DNA of 64,000 nucleotides, from assembly GCA_902535055.1 (NCBI GenBank), contig CACASI010000003.1, forward strand, positions 65,336 through 129,335. The letters are read 5' to 3'. The position numbers were made by a program, and so were the translations under genes. Under the pieces are notes generated by a model. That model saw only the letters and a list, made by a program, of their open reading frames with translations. It did no database searches and was not told the origin of the DNA. This DNA is from an uncultured Candidatus Actinomarina sp. (GTDB lineage: Bacteria; Actinomycetota; Acidimicrobiia; Actinomarinales; Actinomarinaceae). Below, one piece after another: positions 44,191-53,827 of this stretch; position 1 is the first letter of the stretch, and each line of letters begins with the position of its first letter.

Positions 44191-45714
44191 ATGGAACAAG
44201 CATTTTATAGAAAATATAGGCCTCAAAACTTAGATGAGATGGTTGGTCAAGATGAAGCAGTAGCCCTTATTTCATCACAAATTTCGGATGATAAAATTGG
44301 TCATGCTTACCTTTTTTCTGGACCAAAGGGTGTTGGAAAAACTTCACTTGCAAGAATAATTGCTAAAGAACTTGGATGTGACCCTATTTTTGATGTTTCT
44401 GAAATTGATGCTGCATCCCATAATAAAGTCGACGATATTAGAGATATGAACGAAAGCGTAAATTTTATAGCGACATCTCCTGGAAAAAAAAGAATATTTA
44501 TTTTGGATGAGGTGCATATGTTATCAAATGCTGCATCAAATGCATTTCTAAAAACTCTTGAAGAACCACCAGAGCACGTAATTTTTATACTTGCAACAAC
44601 TGAGCCTGACAGGGTAATTGAGACCATTAGAAGCAGGACAACTCAAGTTGTGTTTAAGAAAATTTTAGATGAAAAAATAATCAATGTTCTTGAGCAAATC
44701 TCTAAAGAAGAAAAGATTAATTTTAAAAAAGATATCTTACAGATTATTGCATCCTACTCTGATGGATCACTTCGAGATGCAATTAACTTACTTGAACAGG
44801 CAAACAACACTTTTGGTTCTAACCTAACAGTTGAGAATATTTTTAGTTTAGTTGGCAAACTAGGATCTTCAGAGTTAGATCAAATAATTGAATCGATTGA
44901 GTTTCAAGATACGAGCAAAGTTTTGTCTGTAATTAGAGATGCATATTCGAAGGGGTTACAGCCATCCGATATTACTAATTCAGTATCTGAGTTTTTTAGG
45001 AATCTGTTTTATTTGAAATATTTACCCGACGATGAAAAATTAAAATCTCTTTCAGAAAATTTTTCAAAAAATTTAGAAAAAGCAAATGAAAAAATTTCTG
45101 CGAAGCAACTTGTAAGAATTCTTGATCTAATTGACGAAATAAATTCAACCTTACCTGTCTCAAATTCTCAGCATTTGAAACTTGAATTATTCATGATGAA
45201 ATTAGTGAAGCCCGAATTTGGTTCAGACGTAAAGTCCATAGGATACAGGTTGGATCTTCTAGAAGGTCAATCTAATTTATCACACCCAACAACAGATGAT
45301 GAAAGCGATCTAAACAATTCAATAAAACATAATGAGTCAAAGCCTGAATCAAAGAAAAAAGAAAAAAAATCAACAAAAAAACAATCTATCGAGGATTTTG
45401 ATATATTCTGGCCTAAAATTCTAAATTCTCTTAAAGAGATATTGTCTTCAAGAAAATTTTCTTATTTGACATCAATTAAGCCTGAGGTAGGAGAGAATGG
45501 TGATCTCACTTTGTTAGTTGATAAAAATAACGAGTTTCTTTTTGATGAGTTAAAAAAATCATCTGAGATAACTGACTTGGTTAAATCCGAGATAGCAAAA
45601 TTAATGGGCATCGAAATAAATGTAATCATAGAAATTAGTGAAACTGCTAACAAAAGTGAAGATGGCGGAATAACAGCAGCACAGGAAATTTTTGATGTTG
45701 AAGATTTGAGCTAA
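44191..45714 (+). CDS. dnaX: DNA polymerase III subunit gamma/tau
   Basis: The start is at ATG 44191 (MEQAFYRKYRPQNLDEMVGQ). Motifs are GPKGVGKTS, DEVHML and the sensor SRT. A Lys-rich linker precedes the C-terminal tau-like region. Confidence 0.9.
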   Translation: MEQAFYRKYRPQNLDEMVGQDEAVALISSQISDDKIGHAYLFSGPKGVGKTSLARIIAKELGCDPIFDVSEIDAASHNKVDDIRDMNESVNFIATSPGKKRIFILDEVHMLSNAASNAFLKTLEEPPEHVIFILATTEPDRVIETIRSRTTQVVFKKILDEKIINVLEQISKEEKINFKKDILQIIASYSDGSLRDAINLLEQANNTFGSNLTVENIFSLVGKLGSSELDQIIESIEFQDTSKVLSVIRDAYSKGLQPSDITNSVSEFFRNLFYLKYLPDDEKLKSLSENFSKNLEKANEKISAKQLVRILDLIDEINSTLPVSNSQHLKLELFMMKLVKPEFGSDVKSIGYRLDLLEGQSNLSHPTTDDESDLNNSIKHNESKPESKKKEKKSTKKQSIEDFDIFWPKILNSLKEILSSRKFSYLTSIKPEVGENGDLTLLVDKNNEFLFDELKKSSEITDLVKSEIAKLMGIEINVIIEISETANKSEDGGITAAQEIFDVEDLS

Positions 45715-46052
45715 TTATCTTTTAGGTTTAGCTCACTCAAAGCCATAGTAATTCTTCTTGAACCTTGATTTTGTGCACTCTTACATAATTCTATAAAACT
45801 TCTAAGTTCACCTGTTCTAAATTTTTTTAATTCATCACCTGATGATATATTTCCACTTCTTTCTCTTTCTAATAATTTAATTTCGATTTCTTTAGCTCTT
45901 GCTAAATAGGTACTACTAACTTCAAAAAGAGTATCAATACCATCGGATATTGGAGGATTAATATGTCCCATTAAAACATTTATGTATTCATTGATTTCAT
46001 CATGGAGCTCGTTAACATCTGATAGACCTTTTTTTAATGGAAATTTTTGCAT
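45711..46052 (-). CDS. Hypothetical protein
   Basis: It is a 113-aa ORF that abuts murJ with 4-nt-scale junctions. I recognised no family. Confidence 0.45.
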   Translation of the reverse strand: MQKFPLKKGLSDVNELHDEINEYINVLMGHINPPISDGIDTLFEVSSTYLARAKEIEIKLLERERSGNISSGDELKKFRTGELRSFIELCKSAQNQGSRRITMALSELNLKDN

Positions 46053-47549
46053 TTATCTTACCTTATTTATTTTTACATATTTCATTTTAATTACCCTAAC
46101 AGACACAATAAAAGATAATGCAATTATTGTTACAGAAATAAGTATGTATAAAATTTTACCCAAGTCACCTATTGGCAAGAATTGAAGCAAACCTAAAGTG
46201 ACAAAATAAATAATTGATGAGAATATTAAATCATTAATCAAATCTTTATTCAAAATTTTCTCACCATCTATCTTTAAAGTAGTTAATAAAATTAACGAAT
46301 ATAAAAATAAAGAAGCAATGATTATTATTGCATAACTAATTTCAGATTTACTTTCAATATTCAAAATAATTAACGTAGCTAAAATTGTCGACGAAGTTCC
46401 TACTAGAACTGGATACCAATAATTAGTCTGCACATAAAATGCTCTAGTAACGATTTGATTTAATGACCAGGGTAAGATTCCGAAGGCAACAATTGACATT
46501 ATTGAGCTAACCCGGAGAACATCATTATTGTTAAATTCTCCTCTTTCATAAACAAGACTAATAATTTCAGCATTGTTAGTGATAAGAATTAATACAATCG
46601 CTAGGTTTAAAAAATACAGTATTGCTATCTGTTGACGAATTAATTCTTTTAGTTCATCAAATTTTTCTTTTACAAATAAGTGTGACATAGTAGGAAAACT
46701 AGCAACTCCAACTGCCTGAGCCATCACACCAACTGGCAATATGGCAACTCTCCTAGCGTATCTAAAAGATGCTATTGCTCCAACACTTAACATGGAACCA
46801 AAAACTCTAAACAATTGTTCATCCATTACTGCAATTGACTGACCAACAATTAAAGGAATCGAAACTTTAAAGTAATGTTTCAAATCTTCAAGTTTTGGTT
46901 TTATAAATTTCACATTTAGACCAAGTTTTTTCAGTCCATAAATTTGAATAATTATATGTCCAATAAACGATCCTATAAAGCCCCCGATGGCAAATCCATA
47001 AATTGTTGACTCTGGGGTAGAAGAATTTATCCAACCAAAAAAAATAATTGAAAGATTATATATTACTGGAGCCAATGCAGCATATTTAAATTCACCCATG
47101 AAATATTGATAGGCCATCATTATTGCTCCTGAAAAAAAGAAAACCTGACTAAAAATTATTGGGGTAAATACTTGAACAAAGAGCTCAATATCAATGACTC
47201 CAAATATTTCTCCAATTTCATATCTAAACACGAAGAAAATAATTGAAAAAATCCCAAATATCATAGTTAGACCATTTAAAAGCGAGAGGAAATAATTATT
47301 TAAATCAGCAAGTTTATCTTTTTGAAATTTTGACAAAATAGGAATTAATGTGATCGCTAGATATCCACCTGCCGAAAGATAGAACAAAAAATCAGGAATT
47401 ACAAAAGCAAGATCCAAAGTGTCTGTTGCTGATGAGACACCTGTCCACCTAGCAAGAAGAATCTCTCTTATAAATCCAAATACTCTGCTCATCAAATAGG
47501 CTATAGAAATAATTGAAATTGGTCCAAGAAGTTTTTTAAAGCTCCGCAT
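46053..47549 (-). CDS. murJ: Lipid II flippase MurJ/MviN
   Basis: The N-terminus ..LMSRVFGFIREILLARWTGVSSATD.. is typical of MurJ. The protein has about 14 helices. Confidence 0.85.
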   Translation of the reverse strand: MRSFKKLLGPISIISIAYLMSRVFGFIREILLARWTGVSSATDTLDLAFVIPDFLFYLSAGGYLAITLIPILSKFQKDKLADLNNYFLSLLNGLTMIFGIFSIIFFVFRYEIGEIFGVIDIELFVQVFTPIIFSQVFFFSGAIMMAYQYFMGEFKYAALAPVIYNLSIIFFGWINSSTPESTIYGFAIGGFIGSFIGHIIIQIYGLKKLGLNVKFIKPKLEDLKHYFKVSIPLIVGQSIAVMDEQLFRVFGSMLSVGAIASFRYARRVAILPVGVMAQAVGVASFPTMSHLFVKEKFDELKELIRQQIAILYFLNLAIVLILITNNAEIISLVYERGEFNNNDVLRVSSIMSIVAFGILPWSLNQIVTRAFYVQTNYWYPVLVGTSSTILATLIILNIESKSEISYAIIIIASLFLYSLILLTTLKIDGEKILNKDLINDLIFSSIIYFVTLGLLQFLPIGDLGKILYILISVTIIALSFIVSVRVIKMKYVKINKVR

Positions 47550-48411
47550 GCTTTTCTTTCATTTTTTCAATTAAATCGTATGGGATATTCAAGTGATTAT
47601 TCTCATATCCGAATCCTATATTTATATTAGGTTTATTCATACCGTGATAGTCAGACCCACCACTTCTCAGTAAATTTAGACTATTTGTAATTTCTTCTAA
47701 TGAGTTTGAAGTTGATTTAGAATAACTAGAGTAATATGTCTCAACACCATCTATTCCTAAAGACTTTAATTTCTCTAAAATTTCAAAAAATGATTGATCG
47801 TGCCAATTTTTGGAAAAAGAATAATTCTTATTACTTACCAAGGTATGAGGATGAGCCAGAAATATTAGAGATTTAGATTCTTTAGCAACTTGAATAACAT
47901 CTGCAATTTGGTTTTGATGAATTCGGGAGTCACCAACTTTTCCATTACCTAAATATTTTTGGAAGGCTTCATTTAACGTACTTACATATCCTTTTGATTT
48001 CATTAGGTTTGCAATATGAGGACGTCCTGGTACTTTTGTCTCAAAATTTTTTAATTCATCTTTCTCAATCTCGATACCAATGTTTTTTAAATTATCTAGA
48101 ATCACATAATTTCTATTTTTTTTGTCCTCTCTTATTTTGAAAAGCATTTTATCAAGAGGAGTATTCTTTTTTAAAAAGTAAATTAAAAGATGTATCCCGC
48201 CGTATGGATTCTGTGAATCAAGATCGTTCCAGCTTACACTCATTTCTACGCCAGAGATAATTTCAATTCCTTCGGCATTTACTTCAGATAAGTACTCATG
48301 ATCAGTTATAGATATTGCTTGTAACTGCTGATCTTTCGATTTGCTAACAATCTCATCAATACTGTCTGTTCCATCAGAATTTTTCGAATGAATATGAAGA
48401 TCAATGCTCAT
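47536..48411 (-). CDS. PHP-domain metal-dependent phosphoesterase (TrpH/YciV-like)
   Basis: It has the MSIDLHIHSKNSDG motif and later H/D metal ligands (..LAHPH.., ..GGSDYHG..). Confidence 0.75.
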   Translation of the reverse strand: MSIDLHIHSKNSDGTDSIDEIVSKSKDQQLQAISITDHEYLSEVNAEGIEIISGVEMSVSWNDLDSQNPYGGIHLLIYFLKKNTPLDKMLFKIREDKKNRNYVILDNLKNIGIEIEKDELKNFETKVPGRPHIANLMKSKGYVSTLNEAFQKYLGNGKVGDSRIHQNQIADVIQVAKESKSLIFLAHPHTLVSNKNYSFSKNWHDQSFFEILEKLKSLGIDGVETYYSSYSKSTSNSLEEITNSLNLLRSGGSDYHGMNKPNINIGFGYENNHLNIPYDLIEKMKEKHAEL

Positions 48412-48468
48412 TAAATCTAAGAATACTAGGTCTTTTAAACCTTTAATAAACTCATTAGAATGTTTCAG

Positions 48469-49677
48469 ATGAATTTAATAGTACAAAAATTTGGTGGAAC
48501 TAGTGTTGAGAATCCTGAAACACTAAAGATAGTTGCACAGAAAATAATTGAATGTAAAGAAGCAGGCAACGAAGTTGTTGTAGTAGTTTCAGCTATGGGA
48601 TCAAGCACAGATGAATTGATCAATTTAGCAAATGAACTTTCAGAAACACCATCACCAAGAGAAATGGATATGCTTTTATCTGCTGGAGAAAGAATAACAA
48701 TGTCATTGTTAGCTATGCATTTAAATAATCTTGGCTATGAATCTTTCTCGCTAACTGGCTCACAAGCAGGCATAACGACTACTTCCAGACATGGAATGGC
48801 AGAAATTGAGGACATTTCAGGAGAAAGGGTTAAAGAAGGAATAGAAGATGGAAAAATTGTTATAGTTGCTGGTTTTCAAGGAGTAAATAAAGAAACAAAA
48901 GAAATTACAACATTAGGCAGAGGAGGCTCTGACGCAACAGCTGTAGCATTAGCAGCTGCTCTTGATGCAGAAAAATGTGAAATATATACAGATGTTGAAG
49001 GAGTGTTCACAGCTGATCCAAGAATAGTTGAGAAAGCAAAGCTTATAAAAGAGATTACTTATGATGAAATGCTAGAAATGGCCTCTTCTGGAGCCAAGGT
49101 TTTAATGGCTAGATCTGTAGAGTTTGGTAGAAGGTATAATGTACCAATAATTGTTAAACCTACGTTTAGTATTGGTGAAGGAACAATTGTAAAGGATAAT
49201 GTCATGGAACAAGCCATAGTAAGCGGAGTCACACACACCGATAAAGAAATTAAATTTACTTTATTTGGGGTTCCAGATCAACCGGGTATAGCTGGTAAAG
49301 TATTTGGTCCACTTTCAGAAGCCGGTGTAATTGTCGATATGATCGTTCAGAATGTATCCAAAGACTCTAAAACTGATATAAGCTTTACTTCACCAAGCGA
49401 ACAAAAAAACGATGTAGAAACTATATTAGATAATTTATCAAGTGAATTGAATGCTGAAGGATCTGATTCTGATCCAGACATTGCAAGAGTTTCACTTATT
49501 GGAGCAGGGATGAAAGCTGAATCTGGGATAGCTTCGAAAATGTTCTCAATACTTGGCAAAAATAAAATCAATATCGCAATGATTTCAACTTCTCCCATAC
49601 GGATTTCTTGTGTTGTTAGCAAGAGCGATATGCAAAAAGCAATTGACTCTCTCCATGAAGAGTTTATCGAAATATAA
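48469..49677 (+). CDS. lysC: Aspartate kinase
   Basis: It begins MNLIVQKFGGTSV and has two C-terminal ACT domains, followed by asd. The start could be 48469 or 48460. Confidence 0.9.
   Translation: MNLIVQKFGGTSVENPETLKIVAQKIIECKEAGNEVVVVVSAMGSSTDELINLANELSETPSPREMDMLLSAGERITMSLLAMHLNNLGYESFSLTGSQAGITTTSRHGMAEIEDISGERVKEGIEDGKIVIVAGFQGVNKETKEITTLGRGGSDATAVALAAALDAEKCEIYTDVEGVFTADPRIVEKAKLIKEITYDEMLEMASSGAKVLMARSVEFGRRYNVPIIVKPTFSIGEGTIVKDNVMEQAIVSGVTHTDKEIKFTLFGVPDQPGIAGKVFGPLSEAGVIVDMIVQNVSKDSKTDISFTSPSEQKNDVETILDNLSSELNAEGSDSDPDIARVSLIGAGMKAESGIASKMFSILGKNKINIAMISTSPIRISCVVSKSDMQKAIDSLHEEFIEI
49204..49677 (+). CDS. Possible nested aspartate kinase beta subunit (in-frame internal start)
   Basis: An in-frame ATG at 49204 is preceded by AAGGA with a 7-nt spacer. 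Its product begins MEQAIVSGV.., the position where the beta subunit begins in Corynebacterium and Mycobacterium lysC. Confidence 0.45.
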   Translation: MEQAIVSGVTHTDKEIKFTLFGVPDQPGIAGKVFGPLSEAGVIVDMIVQNVSKDSKTDISFTSPSEQKNDVETILDNLSSELNAEGSDSDPDIARVSLIGAGMKAESGIASKMFSILGKNKINIAMISTSPIRISCVVSKSDMQKAIDSLHEEFIEI

Positions 49678-50679
49678 ATGAATATTGCAATCGTAGGAGC
49701 TACAGGTCTTGTCGGGCGTAAAATAATCAAACTTTGTGAAGAATTTTTTGATACTAGTGTTGAGTTTCAATTATTTGCTTCAAAAACGTCTGAAGGAAAA
49801 ATACTTTCAGTAAATGATAAAGATCTTGCAATTAAAGAATTAAATATTAAAAATATTGAACCATGTGACATTGCTTTATTTTCTGCCGGAGGGGTTAGAT
49901 CAAAAGAATATGCAAATGAATTTGTTGATAGAGGTGCTTTTGTGATTGACAACTCTTCAACATTTAGAATGAATGATGATATACCACTAGTTGTTTATGG
50001 AATAAACGAAAATACGATTAATGAAAAAACAAAAATTATTGCAAACCCAAACTGTACAACAATGGCTTTAGTAATGGCTTTGAAACCTTTACATGATATT
50101 TTTAAACTTGTTGGAATTGTTCCTGTTTCTTATCAAGCAGTTTCAGGTTCAGGAAAAGATGCTGTTGAATCTCTTAATAATGAGTTATTAAACCTTCAAA
50201 ATTCTGGATCTGCACCAGATGAAAAATATTATAAAACTCAAATAGCTAAAAATGTAATACCAGTCGCAGGAAATATGACTGAAAATGGATACACAGATGA
50301 AGAAATGAAGTTTTCCAATGAATCAAAAAAAATACTAAATATCCCAAATTTAATTGTGGAGCCTTCAAATGCCCGTGTCGGGGTTGAAACAGGACATGGT
50401 ATTTTTTGTAGTGCTACATTTGAGGAAGATGTAGATGTAGATAAAGCTATTGAGTCAATTAATTTATTCGAGGGTGTTGAGTATTGGGCAAACGACTTTC
50501 CAACCCCTGTTGATGCAGAAGGAAACAGAAATATCTTTGTTTCTAGAATGAGATCAGGATTATCAAGTAACAAAATTCTGAATTTTTGGGCTGTTGGAGA
50601 CAATCTTTTAAAAGGAGCTGCTCTAAACGCAGTCCAAATAGCTAGCTATATTCAAAAAAATGATATCTATTCCAGATAA
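49678..50679 (+). CDS. asd: Aspartate-semialdehyde dehydrogenase
   Basis: It has IVGATGLVG, the active-site IANPNCTT, and the ask-asd gene order. Confidence 0.9.
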   Translation: MNIAIVGATGLVGRKIIKLCEEFFDTSVEFQLFASKTSEGKILSVNDKDLAIKELNIKNIEPCDIALFSAGGVRSKEYANEFVDRGAFVIDNSSTFRMNDDIPLVVYGINENTINEKTKIIANPNCTTMALVMALKPLHDIFKLVGIVPVSYQAVSGSGKDAVESLNNELLNLQNSGSAPDEKYYKTQIAKNVIPVAGNMTENGYTDEEMKFSNESKKILNIPNLIVEPSNARVGVETGHGIFCSATFEEDVDVDKAIESINLFEGVEYWANDFPTPVDAEGNRNIFVSRMRSGLSSNKILNFWAVGDNLLKGAALNAVQIASYIQKNDIYSR

Positions 50680-51331
50680 GGTACCAAGGAAAAAAAGAAT
50701 TGTCTTGGGACCCCTAAGCAGGAAGTTGCTTCAACTTTCAAAATGGGATATTACTGGAGAATTCCCCAATTATAAAAAAATAATTTTAATTGGAGCTCCA
50801 CACACTGCAAACAGAGATGCATGGTATGCATTACTTGCTATTTTGGCCCTAGATTTGAAAATTAATTTTTTCGGAGCAAAATGGATCTTCACCAGGCTTC
50901 CAAGCTTATACACTTTTTCTAAAGACGTTGATAGATTAGGAATACCATGGCCACTTGGTTGGTTACAAAAAATAATTCTCCTAAAGCTTGGGGGAATCCC
51001 TGTTTATAGAAACAAATCAAAAGGATTAATCAAAGGTGCCATAGAGGAATTTTCAAAAATAGATGAATACGTACTTTGTATAGCCCCTGAAGCGGGAACA
51101 GAACAGGTCAAAAAATTTAGGAGTGGCTTTTATTACCTTGCTAAAGAATTAAATATTCCATACTTACCAGTAGAACTAGATTTTAAAAATAGACGTTTTC
51201 ATGTACAAAAAGAGCAATTTGTAACAATGTCTTTCGAAGAAGAATCTGAAAAAATTATTTCACTCTTTGAGGGAGTTAATGGAGCGTTAAGAGAATTTAC
51301 AATGCTAGAAGAAACGGAACAAACAGACTGA
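50660..51331 (+). CDS. Lysophospholipid acyltransferase (PlsC-like) family protein
   Basis: It has the HxxxxD motif in GAPHTANRD and a later ..APEAG.. block. Confidence 0.55.
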   Translation: MISIPDKVPRKKRIVLGPLSRKLLQLSKWDITGEFPNYKKIILIGAPHTANRDAWYALLAILALDLKINFFGAKWIFTRLPSLYTFSKDVDRLGIPWPLGWLQKIILLKLGGIPVYRNKSKGLIKGAIEEFSKIDEYVLCIAPEAGTEQVKKFRSGFYYLAKELNIPYLPVELDFKNRRFHVQKEQFVTMSFEEESEKIISLFEGVNGALREFTMLEETEQTD

Positions 51332-51980
51332 GCATATAATTTCCTACAGGAATTTTTTTTAACCCTAAAAGATTTATGCCAACACCTATTAGTAAAACTC
51401 CTCCTATTCCTGCGATTGAATCTGAAATCTGTTGTTCAATATTTGTGTTAATCAATAAAGCTAATAAAGTAAACGCTCCTTGATAAATCAAAATGGAGAT
51501 TCCCGAATATACTGCCCCTTTGCCACCACTAGATGTGATAAATATTACAAGAAAACAATCAAGTGCTGTTTTTATTAACAAAAGCTCTAGGTTGGATTCT
51601 ACAACATCAAAAAAAGGTCCAATAATTGCTAGAGGGCCAGTTATTACAATCAAAGTTGTTGTAAGGTAGCTCTCAATAAATTTTGTTTTGTCGCCCTCAC
51701 CTTTTTCAAATCTTAAATAAATTTTATCTCCAAATGTTTTAATTCTGTTTTCAATTTTCAAGTAGCTACCAACAATTGCTCCAACTAGTACCGCAAACAA
51801 TGTGAAAATAAAATCTGGGCTTTTCAGTGTTTCTCTAAATCCTAAGGCTAAAACTAGGAGGCCAAGTGGAAGAAGGTTTTCTTCAAAGTTTTTTAACTCT
51901 TTTTTAAAAATTATTCGTGCCAGAATACCGGATATTATTACACCAAAGCCATTAATTAATGTACCTATTCCAGGAATCAT
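51297..51980 (-). CDS. DUF554 (YqgA/YdfK-like) membrane protein
   Basis: The [22 protein letters not shown]-terminus and polytopic layout are typical of DUF554. Confidence 0.6.
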   Translation of the reverse strand: MIPGIGTLINGFGVIISGILARIIFKKELKNFEENLLPLGLLVLALGFRETLKSPDFIFTLFAVLVGAIVGSYLKIENRIKTFGDKIYLRFEKGEGDKTKFIESYLTTTLIVITGPLAIIGPFFDVVESNLELLLIKTALDCFLVIFITSSGGKGAVYSGISILIYQGAFTLLALLINTNIEQQISDSIAGIGGVLLIGVGINLLGLKKIPVGNYMLSLFVPFLLAL

Positions 51981-52543
51981 TCTTTATCGAAATCATTATG
52001 GCTCTTACTTGGTGTGGGACCTTCTTGACCTTGATACTTGCTACCATAACTTTCATCTCCATACATTGATACTGAAGGGGAATTTAAATAGTAAAAAGAA
52101 ATCTGTCCAATTTTCATTTCTGGATAAATTTTGATTGGTAAATTTGCAACATTTGAAAGTTCTAAAGTCAAATAACCTGAAAATCCTGGATCAACAAAAC
52201 CTGCTGTAGAGTGAATTAATAAACCTATACGCCCTAGAGATGATTTTCCTTCAAGCCTTGCAACAATTTTGTTTGATAGCGTAACTTTTTCATATGTAGT
52301 TCCCAAAACAAATTCACCTGGATGAAGAACGAAAGGCTCATCTATTGTCGCCTCAACAAGAGTAGTCAAATCTTCTTGTGGTGACTTTGGATCAATATGA
52401 CTGTATTTGTGATTCTCAAAAACTCTAAACTCTTCACCAACCCTTAAGTCAACACTTGAAGGCTGTATATAGCTTATATCTAATGGACTAATCTCAATTA
52501 ATTTATCTTCCAAAGCTTTATTTATATCATTATCTGAAAGCAT
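51977..52543 (-). CDS. dcd: dCTP deaminase (actinobacterial dCTP deaminase/dUTPase type)
   Basis: It has ..QPSSVDLR.., ..[10 protein letters not shown].. and ..[13 protein letters not shown].. Confidence 0.9.
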   Translation of the reverse strand: MLSDNDINKALEDKLIEISPLDISYIQPSSVDLRVGEEFRVFENHKYSHIDPKSPQEDLTTLVEATIDEPFVLHPGEFVLGTTYEKVTLSNKIVARLEGKSSLGRIGLLIHSTAGFVDPGFSGYLTLELSNVANLPIKIYPEMKIGQISFYYLNSPSVSMYGDESYGSKYQGQEGPTPSKSHNDFDKE

Positions 52544-52588
52544 GATTCCTCTTGTTTAAGGAATATACTAATCTAAAAATTTTTGTTT

Positions 52589-52825
52589 TCAGTTATTTAT
52601 CAATGAGACAATTGTCCAAACTGTAATAATAAAACCTACGATTCCCAAAAAAATTGTTCTTGATTTGTAAAAGTTTCCTTTGTTTTTATTTCTGTTGATG
52701 TAAGCAAGAAGACTCCCAACAAACATAGCTGAACCTAGCCCTAACAATAAAAGTCTTATAGTTAAATCGAGAGCAAATGGGTCATTCATGACATTATTGT
52801 TATCATAATAAAATAATGGATACAA
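52589..52825 (-). CDS. Small two-helix membrane protein
   Basis: It is a 78-aa ORF with two hydrophobic helices. I recognised no family. Confidence 0.4.
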   Translation of the reverse strand: MYPLFYYDNNNVMNDPFALDLTIRLLLLGLGSAMFVGSLLAYINRNKNKGNFYKSRTIFLGIVGFIITVWTIVSLINN

Positions 52826-53661
52826 GAAAAATAATTAATATTTTTAATGAGTTTGATATTTCATCAACTAAAGATCAAAGCAAATATAAGATTTCAAAAT
52901 TAGAAAGTATTACTAATTTAAATCATAAAGTGGAGGTCGATGATAAAAAGTATATAATCAGAATACCTGGAGAAAATCCTGATTTAATTAACAGATCGTC
53001 AGAGGGGATTAACCAAGAGTTAGTTAAAAATATTGGAATAACTTTACCAATAATTTTTTTCGAAAAAGATACCGGAATAAAAATCTCTGAATTTTATGAG
53101 GATTTGTACACTTTTACATCATCAGATTTAAAAAATAAAGAATTTAGAGATGATGCTTTAGATCTTCTAAACCGTTTACACAATTCAGATTTAAAATTTC
53201 AAGAAAACTTTTCACCGTTAAAAGTTTTTAAAACATTAGCTAAAAACAATGAAAAAATTGAAAATGAATCAAAAGCAATAGGTGAAGAAATAATAAAAAG
53301 ACTTATTGAAATTGGGCTTGAAAGCAAGCCTTGTCATCAAGATTTATATCATGCAAATTTCGTTTACTTGAAAGAAAAAGCTTATTTAATCGATTGGGAA
53401 TATTCCTCACAAGGTGATCCAATTTTTGATTATGCAGATTTAATTTGGCAGAATGAATTAGAAGAAGACCAAGATTCAATCAATGATATTTATAAAATAA
53501 TCGACATAAAAGACGAAAAAATAAAAGTTAAATTTGAATTATTTCGAGTTCTTTCAATGATAACTTGGGGATTTTGGGCAAAAAGAAAGTCTCCACAAGA
53601 CAATAAAGGTGAAGAAGTTCTTCTATTAGCTATAAAAAGATATGAAAATAATTTTTCATAA
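52816..53661 (+). CDS. APH/choline-kinase-family phosphotransferase
   Basis: It has the Brenner-type motif HQDLYHANF and the downstream IDWEYS. Confidence 0.7.
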   Translation: MDTRKIINIFNEFDISSTKDQSKYKISKLESITNLNHKVEVDDKKYIIRIPGENPDLINRSSEGINQELVKNIGITLPIIFFEKDTGIKISEFYEDLYTFTSSDLKNKEFRDDALDLLNRLHNSDLKFQENFSPLKVFKTLAKNNEKIENESKAIGEEIIKRLIEIGLESKPCHQDLYHANFVYLKEKAYLIDWEYSSQGDPIFDYADLIWQNELEEDQDSINDIYKIIDIKDEKIKVKFELFRVLSMITWGFWAKRKSPQDNKGEEVLLLAIKRYENNFS

Positions 53662-53731
53662 AAGGTATTCATTTATTAACCTACATAGGTTAGAATTTCG
53701 CAGTTAGGAAAAAAGGAAATAATTTTTATTT

Positions 53732-53827
53732 ATGGGATCTTTGATTAAAAAAAGACGTAAAAAAATGTCTAAACATAAGTACAGAAAACGTCGTAAATCA
53801 AATAGACATAAGAAAAAGTCTGCTTAA
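53732..53827 (+). CDS. Ribosomal protein bS22-like (31 aa, highly basic)
   Basis: It encodes MGSLIKKRRKKMSKHKYRKRRKSNRHKKKSA. The N-terminal MGS.IKKRRK.M.K.K.RK pattern matches the actinobacterial bS22 family. It is below the ORF-track cutoff. Confidence 0.65.
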   Translation: MGSLIKKRRKKMSKHKYRKRRKSNRHKKKSA

